This document shows, in pieces, positions 8,901 through 16,600 of a DNA stretch of 64,000 nt. Numbering within the stretch: the first letter of the stretch is position 1; each line of letters starts with the position of its first letter. The stretch lies in assembly GCA_964057225.1 (NCBI GenBank), contig OZ059900.1, positions 10,850,001 through 10,914,000 of the forward strand, given 5' to 3'. The stretch is from Auanema rhodensis (taxonomy: Eukaryota > Animalia > Nematoda). Both the position numbers and the translations under genes were made by a program. The notes beneath the pieces were generated by a model. The model was given only the letters and a program-made list of their open reading frames with translations, was not told where the DNA came from and did no database searches.

Positions 8901-11724
8901 GCTATTCGTATATCTAGATGATTTACTGTTAATCTCTGAATCTACGACAGCACATTTAAAAGATATTGAAGAAGTTTTGGAAGCAGTAACTCAAATAGGA
9001 TTCAAAATAAAACTGAAGAAATGCGCATTCGCAAGAAAGGAAGTAAAATTTCTAGGATACATAGTTGGACAAGAAGGAATTAAACCGGACCCACATAAAA
9101 TTAAGGCAATACAAGATTATCCCCAACCAAAATCAACAACAGGAGTAAGAGCTTTCATGGGAGTAGTAAACTACTTCAGAAGGTTCATAAAGAACGCTGC
9201 AGGAATAGCAACACCACTCTACAACCTCACTCAGAAAGACACTCCGTTCAAATGGACAGAAGAAGAAGAAATTGCTTTTAATACTTTGAAGAAAACATTG
9301 ACTCAAGCACCTGTGTTACAAGCACCAATCCCGAAGCGACCATATGTTATTGAAAGTGATGGAAGTATGATAGCAGTTGGCGCTGTACTACTTCAAGCGA
9401 AAGACGATCAAGAACCATTACACCCCATAGCTTTTGCTAGTCGGAAACTCAACAAAGCTGAAAGGAATTATCCACCAATAGAAGTAGAAGCATTAGCTCT
9501 TACATTCGCCGTTAAACAATTTCGCACCTACATACTAGGAACAGCAACCAAAATTATCACGGATCATAGACCACTTACTAGTTTAATGACTAGAAAAGAT
9601 TTAATAGGTCGTTTAGCAAAATTTCAAATTGTTTTACAAGAATACGATATTGAAATTATCTACAGACCAGGAAAATTAAATAGTGTATGTGACGCATTAT
9701 CACGATATTTTGAAGATGAAATCAACGAAGCAAAACCACCAGCAAAGAAGAAAAACGAAAGAAAAACGACGGAAGATACTATTCATCAGATAAACACCTT
9801 CACGATAGCAGATATTCGATCAGTTCAGAATCAATCAAATTGGATAAAAGAAACTATGGATAAAATAAAGAATAATACAGCTGGACGACAACTGACGGAC
9901 AGATATATTGTGTACAACGATGTACTATACTCAAAACCAAAAAGAAGCCTACAAGTACCACGAACAATTTTACCACGAGAAGAGCACATAATTAATCCAA
10001 TTATGAAGAAATTTCATGAAGATCCGACACTCGGAGCTCATCTAGGAATAAACAAAACAATGGACTCAATATCAAGACGATTTACATGGACTGGAATGCA
10101 AGAAGACATTACAAACTACATCAACAGATGTCTTGCTTGTGCGAAAAGAAAGAACAACCCTCACGAAGCAACGGTGGAACCAATGAAAAATTTTCCAACA
10201 TCAACAAAACCATGGCAAAGAGTACACATGGATATACTCGGACCATTACCTAGGACAGAACAAGAAAACAGATATGTTCTTTCAATTCAAGATTCTTTTT
10301 CAAAATGGATAATCGCAATTCCGCTAATCAGACAAACATCAGAAGAAATTATATCAGCTATCGAAAAATATCTCTTCTATGTTTTTGGACCACCTGTCAC
10401 TATCATCACAGACAATGGATCTAATTTTATTTCAAACGATTTCACCACTATGTGCAGTAATTTTGGAACTACACACCACACTACTATGCCGTATTACAAA
10501 AACGCTAACGGACAAGTAGAAAGATTACATCGGACGATCGAAGAAGCATTAACAGCCTACGTTAATGACGAACAAAACGATTGGGATAAGATACTTCCGA
10601 AGATTATTTTTACACTCAACAGATTACCAAACGCCACCACTAAAATATCACCATACGAATGTTTGTTTGGACAAGTAGCACGTCTACCCATTGACAAAAA
10701 CTTGGAAACACCGGAAGAACAAAATACCACGGATCAGCTCAAAAACTTAAGAGATATTCAAGAAAAAGTCAAGGAAAAGATTGCCACCAATGAAGAAAGA
10801 ATGAAGCAGAAATATGATCAAGCACATAGGACAAAAGAAAGAATATTAGATATAGGAGATCGAGTATTTGTACAAAGAGCGAACCCAAGCAACAAATTAC
10901 AAATACGAAGAGATGGACCTTACCGGATAGTGACAATTGAAGGAAACAACATCAGCATAACGGACCAAGATGGAAATATTATAAAAGCTCACAAAAATAA
11001 CATACGTTATTTTCCACCAGACGATAATCTTATATCAACAAGAAATAATGAAGAAGAGGAAGAAGAGGACCAAGACATAGCAAACGAAGAAGAAGAAGAA
11101 GAAGCAAGTTGGAATAATCTGGATGAATGGGAACAAACCAATAATACGGAAAATAACAACAACTGTTACCCAACAGGCAGTCCAGATACTCTCGCGCAAC
11201 TGTTACCTATCACAGGGAATAACAGAGGAGTAAACGAAGAAGAAATTGAACATAATTCAGAAACACCTGACGACCTTGCTACAGCAAGAAGAATAACAAA
11301 TTCTAATATACAATTAGAAGATGAATCAACAACAATCGACAGAATTCAAGAGGACCTCAGACAGCTGACACCTTTCTCTCAAGAAGAAGGTTCTAATCAA
11401 AACGATATAGAAGATAATAACGCAAAAACATACGAAAAACTACGAGATCAATTCAAGAATGAAAACAGAAAGGAGCTATTTGAGGACAGAAACAAAAACT
11501 CACCAGCAATCAAAAATTGGAACACTACACTTGCCGCAGCACTAGGAATAGGAAATGAAAACTCACGCCCGTATCATGTTAAACTACAACCCAAAAGAAA
11601 AACACAAGACGAAGAAATCAGAAGTAATGGAGAATTGGAACTACATGGAAAAGCGGATCAAAGCAAAAAGCAGCAGAATAAATCTCCAACGCAAAACAAA
11701 GGAGAACAAGTACGAAACTTTTAA
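2911..11724 (+). CDS. Single Gag-Env-Pol polyprotein (~2940 aa; first ATG in window at 3112; true start probably beyond the Maverick)
   Basis: Uninterrupted frame with capsid-like Gag, signal peptide, gB-like ectodomain, TM, DTG protease, YLDD RT, RNase H and HHCC/DD35E integrase. Confidence 0.93.
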   Translation, partial: SNTPTTQKSPTPALSSTTPAVSSSPPLQNSPSSIDHSTSGHSLSPSLPSQTNQANTFVAENKRINPRMDPMDEGAPLTQTSGRAPVPTPTIIPQPAAIPSAIRDIKAPRYDGKTPFNRYLLYLDEHFNATRTTMPERLQSIQLLLEDDRAREAYRKLTTEDKRLGWDHVKKRLSEMITPKKQRERAMHRLHGLKQLPTESVQSFATRCSNEAYSAMDMNNESELNMLRSTFTWGLRPEISEHVSRLDPPNFEEAYEMALREELFIQNRPTSFVNNIEKSFNNLNIRDSKDNNQYQRNKSKDFKGTKPMYNGNGKPHNRYPDRYNNQYRPHQHQYRNHNSRFSQNKGSRQNYFDRSRNRSQERPYYRNRDQNYSGHNNRRQSNNHEQYPSQYNRSQYNNYRSRPRSTSNGPERYRERTQSPGVRFQVNNVTENEVPNNKRKSTPFLPLFITIIALIINTCSAETTYQLCTGNRGGIYVEPPSPTACRSIAPTNNHIQKTTAELFIQNLQPKEWEAWKCAIETYQLCIHDVFFIRETNVSLAKVSPTTLQECSSAIKERIFNGTNLQREAPGLYGTPFPHTTITNGIWKQECEQRTRFIAERGHMTSLQDNTVLSDIFINDNGCTSDKGQCLTNNALIIWTPPSEKHSCSYTSLGSHEVFISEDTILIPGIQSAFILNNKTPEKEASSCLQKDIFTTNSGTLISFNSTSSLGRSRRHAITEYPKGFLTVHQYPSLRYSASKTGTILLYTTYIQRKRLDIHYNLNNITNMLPKYIAIFKYLGINFDVIKNRLIWHKYEDVNIAILHALGEAEIREATKIAIDNLSYKELTQKLSKRITIKDFKKILPTKTGDYYEIAKEIAYSLAEIPTTLATGETTPSLEEYLYQLMPPRKPKLTKTRNDLELYEQLAQAKIILNAINNPKKLHSKEEYEAEMKKWIKYEKELNLPPLQLPNYTVIFDGDDIFYGFRKRNPTNYSITQEDSEKFYNHYLPLISTPGTRPFATTIRSTSTPLQTTTTTTTTTPKPTTIRNVITSTITPKTHISETTRPKPTIPTSSSTTTTTTTTTTTTSTTARPRSTTTTTPTTTTTIFTTHRPTQSFSTPQSTFNITTNPITITSSQEYNRKESLTKSPPPRTTKRSITTTRSTPEEISSHIGKKAHVDYLKAKNDIVQKWNEHLHQQETQSHLQYATTNLEDDIIRTFTTNRNNICHVQNKQLLTWWAILQINPTIGMRTMLRRQDISARFINDKLIYVMPCTPIQITKTYRDHKVNSTCFLETPVETEHHGQLFILPGTRDLTPMAHAIPCGFTIKDPWKENDQWTNNNQSINVTSPAYIDELGSINLEHIKFNGSNIFNNLTESTFPMALAISYGSSLATLQATLPGRIKPVIKQRLIPNMNPVTLTAGAASSLLLSYEHTKEAITWKMFDFLSPIWGKIQTWTLRVLAIIGSIIITIGIITLATWIIKIYACSSRIPINNVKWEAEYLQPLSTENTRTETSHPSPSAPYVDNHHNSCQLTLYDPSAPIPEHIYEAYFPTSMKKENINYVGGSQLPFVPISIHNHIFKALWDTGASASYMRESTFKQLPAATMVLKQTTAIVANKSKFSFMGYTRILITIGTTETEHKFYVAEDNYCPAPVLLGIDFMEALHQQGIYTSLRPLDKTIVIGTTHVPLARETSPWEHQTTKAYVVSLENKTLRPGETRTLTLEVHDPESYEQAFLDCKKPGNKLSFTPTIFTPTGYGVQIYATNICKQPLEIQMNQEIGIAEAIPKDNQEKYEGQYIPPEARWEEQLPYFPDNFINELDLSEACFSQIEQQQLKEIILLHKQAFLNEDRNIGLFLGPIEHSIPIMPGKTPSFKITYRIPLSQQEEVEKQIEEMLQQRIIEPSNSMTTSPVILVKKKDKTYRFVTDFRALNAITQKQVYVISNIQDILDLAAGARIFSNFDLVSGFFQIPLKKEDRHLTAFTTTSGTYQYCRMPMGLCGSPHTFQNAVRYLQSMVKCKLFVYLDDLLLISESTTAHLKDIEEVLEAVTQIGFKIKLKKCAFARKEVKFLGYIVGQEGIKPDPHKIKAIQDYPQPKSTTGVRAFMGVVNYFRRFIKNAAGIATPLYNLTQKDTPFKWTEEEEIAFNTLKKTLTQAPVLQAPIPKRPYVIESDGSMIAVGAVLLQAKDDQEPLHPIAFASRKLNKAERNYPPIEVEALALTFAVKQFRTYILGTATKIITDHRPLTSLMTRKDLIGRLAKFQIVLQEYDIEIIYRPGKLNSVCDALSRYFEDEINEAKPPAKKKNERKTTEDTIHQINTFTIADIRSVQNQSNWIKETMDKIKNNTAGRQLTDRYIVYNDVLYSKPKRSLQVPRTILPREEHIINPIMKKFHEDPTLGAHLGINKTMDSISRRFTWTGMQEDITNYINRCLACAKRKNNPHEATVEPMKNFPTSTKPWQRVHMDILGPLPRTEQENRYVLSIQDSFSKWIIAIPLIRQTSEEIISAIEKYLFYVFGPPVTIITDNGSNFISNDFTTMCSNFGTTHHTTMPYYKNANGQVERLHRTIEEALTAYVNDEQNDWDKILPKIIFTLNRLPNATTKISPYECLFGQVARLPIDKNLETPEEQNTTDQLKNLRDIQEKVKEKIATNEERMKQKYDQAHRTKERILDIGDRVFVQRANPSNKLQIRRDGPYRIVTIEGNNISITDQDGNIIKAHKNNIRYFPPDDNLISTRNNEEEEEEDQDIANEEEEEEASWNNLDEWEQTNNTENNNNCYPTGSPDTLAQLLPITGNNRGVNEEEIEHNSETPDDLATARRITNSNIQLEDESTTIDRIQEDLRQLTPFSQEEGSNQNDIEDNNAKTYEKLRDQFKNENRKELFEDRNKNSPAIKNWNTTLAAALGIGNENSRPYHVKLQPKRKTQDEEIRSNGELELHGKADQSKKQQNKSPTQNKGEQVRNF
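3112..4197 (+). other. gag: Gag domain (capsid-like, then N/Q/R/Y-rich basic region, no CCHC knuckle)
   Basis: PRYDGK..F..YL, LLL...AREAY, W..VKKRL, L..LKQ...ESVQSFATR, F.WGLRPEI...V....P.NFEEAYEMALREE are typical Ty3/gypsy capsid motifs. Confidence 0.8.
4222..7290 (+). other. env: Envelope glycoprotein domain, herpesvirus gB-like (class III fusogen)
   Basis: KRK+hydrophobic signal ending CSA (4222-4293); Cys-rich ectodomain with NxS/T sequons; RSRR furin site 5041-5052; Thr-rich mucin ~5880-6300; CHVQNKQLLTWWAILQINPT..ISARFINDKLIYVMPCTPI (from 6526) resembles the HSV gB CELQN..LW....LNP...VSARMLGDV.AVSTCVPV segment; TM 7225-7290. Confidence 0.8.
7537..7850 (+). other. Aspartic protease domain
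   Basis: ALWDTGASAS (DTG at 7600-7608) and C-terminal VLLGIDFM. Confidence 0.92.
8440..9100 (+). other. Reverse transcriptase domain
   Basis: SPVILVKKKD..YRFVTDFRALN, FDLVSGFFQI, TAF, YCRMPMGL, YLDD (8911-8922), KC.F....VKFLGY. Confidence 0.97.
9340..9715 (+). other. RNase H domain
   Basis: IESDGS..AVGAVLLQ, PIAFASRKL...ERNY...EVEALA, TDHRPL, YRPGKLN..CDALSR. Confidence 0.95.
9790..11010 (+). other. Integrase domain (HHCC, DD35E, GPY/F)
   Basis: H10015/H10039/C10129/C10138; D10231, D10411, E10519 (35 residues between D and E); GPY at 10915-10923. Confidence 0.95.
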
Positions 11725-11927
11725 TTAACTAACAAAAATCGTAGAATTGTAAAAATAATTTTTCTTTCTTTCGTATAGTACATTAAACATAAGACATAGA
11801 TCAAAAACCACCGAAATTCTAATTTCTATCCTTTAATTTTAACAAATTGTAACAATCACTGAAAAACAAACTATATAAAGAGAAAATTTTGATAGAGAAA
11901 AATTCAATAACACTTTTCTTATTCAAA

Positions 11928-12572
11928 ATGACCTCCTCTCTCGCCAACGTCACACTCTCTACATTCCTCGCAACTCCAACACCACTGGTCCCTCTAGCGA
12001 CCACTATTGAACAAGAATGGATAGAGGTAGAAAACCTTCGTGAAGGTCTTCTACCTATCAACTGCATGAAGCCCAACTTAGGACCAATAATAAGCCTCCA
12101 AACGAGCAAATTGGAAAAGAAGACACAGCACATCCTATTTATGATGGAACTATTGGAGGAGAAAACCAAAAACTATAAGGAAAACGATCTGAAGGAGCTT
12201 CGCCAGCATCAAAAGAAATGGACAGAAGGATGTTCTCTCAGCCAGAAAGAGAACAGAATCCGACACATAATGCTGGGACAACCCGCCAGAACGCAGACCA
12301 CAGCTGACATCTACAAAGCAATGCCGACGTGGACAACACAGATGACACAACATGCTGTAAGAAATAGCGGAACCGAAGAAGAAGCATCGTGGATAGAGAT
12401 AGGGCAAGACCTATCAGTAGTAATCGAAAAACTACTGACAAAAAGGACTACCAACACGTCCGCATCAAAAAGTAAGGCAAAAGCAGTTAGCCAAACCATC
12501 AGAACAATGGAGCTGCTTGGACTAGCATCAATGACGGAAATGATCCAGGAAATTGACCAACTGGCGGATTAA
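11928..12572 (+). CDS. Orphan accessory ORF2 of the LTR element (214 aa from ATG), function unknown
   Basis: caaaATG start; intact 645-bp frame with codon composition like the polyprotein, between AT-rich non-coding segments upstream of the 3' LTR. Confidence 0.65.
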   Translation: MTSSLANVTLSTFLATPTPLVPLATTIEQEWIEVENLREGLLPINCMKPNLGPIISLQTSKLEKKTQHILFMMELLEEKTKNYKENDLKELRQHQKKWTEGCSLSQKENRIRHIMLGQPARTQTTADIYKAMPTWTTQMTQHAVRNSGTEEEASWIEIGQDLSVVIEKLLTKRTTNTSASKSKAKAVSQTIRTMELLGLASMTEMIQEIDQLAD

Positions 12573-12763
12573 AAAAGAGAGGAAAGGTTTAAATCATTTA
12601 TAAAATTCTATCTCTTAAAATTTTTCTCTTTATCAATAGTTTGTTGAAAAAAAAAAAAAAAAAAAAAATCTGCTTTATCTCATGCCATTTTATTTTTTTA
12701 TTTTTTCTCTCTTATTATTTGCATATAACAGCTGAGGTCAGCTGACTTGTATCCGTTGGGGCA

Positions 12764-13180
12764 TGTTACATACATATCTCAAAGGAAAGCAGCTGACCAT
12801 GGCAGCTGCTATTATTAAACTAATGCAGATAGTTTTTAAGCAATTCTGAGAATATTCTAGATGCACTTTTTATAAACTTTGTAACAATTTGTGTAAACTG
12901 AGTAGGAGTTGTATGGATATATAAACCTGAGTCCTCAAGACTCAGGCATCTCATTATCTCATTATCTTACTTTCTCTTTATCTTCTTTATATTCTCTTTC
13001 TTAACTCTAGCTCTAATCTTTGTATAATTATATTATAATGCGAACAATAAACCTTTATATATTTGATCTCTTGTTTCTTATTTCACCTTACATTACACAC
13101 ATATATTTAAAATCATACTCATCTTCTCATAGTCTGTTTGGATCTCTCAACTTGGAACCATTGAGGATCTAAATGGAACG
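12764..13180 (+). repeat. 3' LTR (417 bp, TGTTACAT...ATGGAACG)
   Basis: Near-identical to the inverted copy at 62819-63237 and the partial copy at 61237-61519; preceded by short G-rich tract GTTGGGGCA. Confidence 0.93.
12918..12946 (+). promoter_or_regulatory. LTR TATA box followed directly by an 8-bp-stem hairpin
   Basis: TATATAAA 12918-12925, then CCTGAGTC-ctcaa-GACTCAGG; AATAAA at 13046-13051; TATA and hairpin conserved in all three LTR copies. Confidence 0.55.
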
Positions 13181-13272
13181 CGTCAACAAATGAATAATAT
13201 AGTCTTCCTATTAAATCAGGTGGCTTGGCTTTATTTAGAAAATGATAGTTTGAATGGAGCATCCGTTGTCAT

Positions 13273-13283
13273 AAAAAACAAAA
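13273..13283 (-). terminator. Pol III oligo-T terminator (TTTTGTTTTTT), present after every tRNA copy
   Basis: Minus-strand TTAGTTTTGTTTTTT immediately 3' of the tRNA. Confidence 0.85.
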
Positions 13284-13287
13284 CTAA

Positions 13288-13369
13288 CGATCAGGATGAG
13301 ATTCGAACTGACGCGGGGAAACCCCAATGGATTAGCAGTCCATCGCCTTAACCACTCCGCCTCCTGATC
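13288..13369 (-). tRNA. tRNA-Ser(GCT), first array copy (variant: U8A, C12G and a T-stem change; possibly inactive)
   Basis: Same cloverleaf as the consensus but with A-box and T-stem substitutions (ctccgcctcc, gaactgacg on + strand). Confidence 0.75.
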
Positions 13370-13535
13370 ACAGGGTTTTTCCAAGAATACTCTTACTTAA
13401 ACAAAGAAATTATTGTGACAACAAATATCGTCAACAAACAAATAAGAAAGTCTTCCTGTTAAATCAGGTGGCTTGGCTTAATTTAGAAAATGATAGTTTG
13501 AATGGAGCATCCGTTGTCATAAAAAACAAAACTAA

Positions 13536-13617
13536 CGATCAGGATGAGATTCGAACTCACGCGGGGAAACCCCAATGGATTAGCAGTCCATCGCCTTAAC
13601 CACTCGGCCACCTGATC
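13536..13617 (-). tRNA. tRNA-Ser(GCT), consensus copy (repeats every 248 bp)
   Basis: GATCAGGTGGCCGAGTGGTTAAGGCGATGGACTGCTAATCCATTGGGGTTTCCCCGCGTGAGTTCGAATCTCATCCTGATCG: 7-bp acceptor stem, A box, GCT anticodon, long variable arm GGGG/CCCC, GTTCGAA B box, G discriminator. Confidence 0.97.
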
Positions 13618-16600
13618 ACAGGGTTTTTCCAAGAATACTCTTACTTAAACAAAGAAATTATTGTGACAACAAATATCGTCAGCAAACAAATAAGAAAGTC
13701 TTCCTATTAAATCAGGTGGCTTGGCTTTATTTAGAAAATGATAGTTTGAATGGAGCATCCGTTGTCATAAAAAACAAAACTAACGATCAGGATGAGATTC
13801 GAACTCACGCGGGGAAACCCCAATGGATTAGCAGTCCATCGCCTTAACCACTCGGCCACCTGATCACAGGGTTTTTCCAAGAATACTCTTACATAAACAA
13901 AGAAATTATTGTGAGAATAAATAACGTCAACAAATGAATAATATAGTCTTCCTATTAAATCAGGTGGCTTGGCTTTATATAGAAAATGATAGTTTGAATG
14001 GAGCATCCGTTGTCATAAAAAACAAAACTAACGATCAGGATGAGATTCGAACTCACGCGGGGAAACCCCAATGGATTAGCAGTCCATCGCCTTAACCACT
14101 CGGCCACCTGATCACAGGGTTTTTCCAAGAATACTCTTACATAAACAAAGAAATTATTGTGAGAATAAATAACGTCAACAAATGAATAATATAGTCTTCC
14201 TATTAAATCAGGTGGCTTGGCTTTATTTAGAAAATGATAGTTTGAATGGAGCATCCGTTGTCATAAAAAACAAAACTAACGATCAGGATGAGATTCGAAA
14301 TCACGCGGGGAAACCCCAATGGATTAGCAGTCCATCGCCTTAACCACTCCGCCTCCTGATCACAGGGTTTTTCCAAGAATACTCTTACTTAAACAAAGAA
14401 ATTATTGTGACAACAAATATCGTCAACAAACAAATAAGAAAGTCTTCCTGTTAAATCAGGTGGCTTGGCTTAATTTAGAAAATGATAGTTTGAATGGAGC
14501 ATCCGTTATCATAAAAAACAAAACTAACGATCAGGATGAGATTCGAACTCACGCGGGGAAACCCCAATGGATTAGCAGTCCATCGCCTTAACCACTCCGC
14601 CTCCTGATCACAGGGTTTTTCCAAGAATACTCTTACTTAAACAAAGAAATTATTGTGACAACAAATATCGTCAACAAACAAATAAGAAAGTCTTCCTGTT
14701 AAATCAGGTGGCTTGGCTTAATATAGAAAATGATAGTTTGAATGGAGCATCCGTTGTCATAAAAAACAAAACTAACGATCAGGATGAGATTCGAACTCAC
14801 GCGGGGAAACCCCAATGGATTAGCAGTCCATCGCCTTAACCACTCGGCCACCTGATCACAGGGTTTTTCCAAGAATACTCTTACTTAAACAAAGAAATTA
14901 TTGTGACAACAAATATCGTCAGCAAACAAATAAGAAAGTCTTCCTATTAAATCAGGTGGCTTGGCTTTATTTAGAAAATGATAGTTTGAATGGAGCATCC
15001 GTTGTCATAAAAAACAAAACTAACGATCAGGATGAGATTCGAACTGACGCGGGGAAACCCCAATGGATTAGCAGTCCATCGCCTTAACCACTCGGCCACC
15101 TGATCACAGGGTTTTTCCAAGAATACTCTTACTTAAACAAAGAAATTATTGTGACAACAAATATCGTCAGCAAACAAATAAGAAAGTCTTCCTATTAAAT
15201 CAGGTGGCTTGGCTTTATTTAGAAAATGATAGTTTGAATGGAGCATCCGTTGTCATAAAAAACAAAACTAACGATCAGGATGAGATTCGAACTCACGCGG
15301 GGAAACCCCAATGGATTAGCAGTCCATCGCCTTAACCACTCGGCCACCTGATCACAGGGTTTTTCCAAGAATACTCTTACTTAAACAAAGAAATTATTGT
15401 GACAACAAATATCGTCAGCAAACAAATAAGAAAGTCTTCCTATTAAATCAGATGGCTTGGCTTTATTTAGAAAATGATAGTTTGAATGGAGCATCCGTTG
15501 TCATAAAAAACAAAACTAACGATCAGGATGAGATTCGAACTCACGCGGGGAAACCCCAATGGATTAGCAGTCCATCGCCTTAACCACTCGGCCACCTGAT
15601 CACAGGGTTTTTCCAAGAATACTCTTACTTAAACAAAGAAATTATTGTGACAACAAATATCGTCAGCAAACAAATAAGAAAGTCTTCCTATTAAATCAGG
15701 TGGCTTGGCTTTATTTAGAAAATGATAGTTTGAATGGAGCATCCGTTGTCATAAAAAACAAAACTAACGATCAGGATGAGATTCGAACTGACGCGGGGAA
15801 ACCCCAATGGATTAGCAGTCCATCGCCTTAACCACTCCGCCTCCTGATCACAGGGTTTTTCCAAGAATACTCTTACTTAAACAAAGAAATTATTGTGACA
15901 ACAAATATCGTCAACAAACAAATAAGAAAGTCTTCCTGTTAAATCAGGTGGCTTGTCTTAATTTAGAAAATGATAGTTTGAATGGAGCATCCGTTGTCAT
16001 AAAAAACAAAACTAACGATCAGGATGAGATTCGAACTCACGCGGGGAAACCCCAATGGATTAGCAGTCCATCGCCTTAACCACTCGGCCACCTGATCACA
16101 GGGTTTTTCCAAGAATACTCTTACTTAAACAAAGAAATTATTGTGACAACAAATATCGTCAGCAAACAAATAAGAAAGTCTTCCTATTAAATCAGGTGGC
16201 TTGGCTTTATTTAGAAAATGATAGTTTGAATGGAGCATCCGTTGTCATAAAAAACAAAACTAACGATCAGGATGAGATTCGAACTCACGCGGGGAAACCC
16301 CAATGGATTAGCAGTCCATCGCCTTAACCACTCGGCCACCTGATCACAGGGTTTTTCCAAGAATACTCTTACTTAAACAAAGAAATTATTGTGACAACAA
16401 ATATCGTCAGCAAACAAATAAGAAAGTCTTCCTATTAAATCAGGTGGCTTGGCTTTATTTCGAAAATGATAGTTTGAATGGAGCATCCGTTGTCATAAAA
16501 AACAAAACTAACGATCAGGATGAGATTCGAACTCACGCGGGGAAACCCCAATGAATTAGCAGTCCATCGCCTTAACCACTCGGCCACCTGATCACAGGGT

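Larger units (their letters stand above)
2911..13180 (+). mobile_element. Ty3/gypsy (Metaviridae) LTR retrotransposon / endogenous virus with envelope; 5' end separated by the Maverick insertion
   Basis: PR-RT-RH-IN domain order, GPY/F motif, and a 3' LTR at 12764-13180 that matches LTR copies at 61237 and 62819-63237. Confidence 0.95.

Noticed and set aside
2620-12499. Short antisense or alternative-frame ORFs overlapping the polyprotein and ORF2 (e.g. poly-Val 5865-6176)
   Set aside because: Shadows of the biased coding strand (poly-Thr read antisense); no independent motifs.
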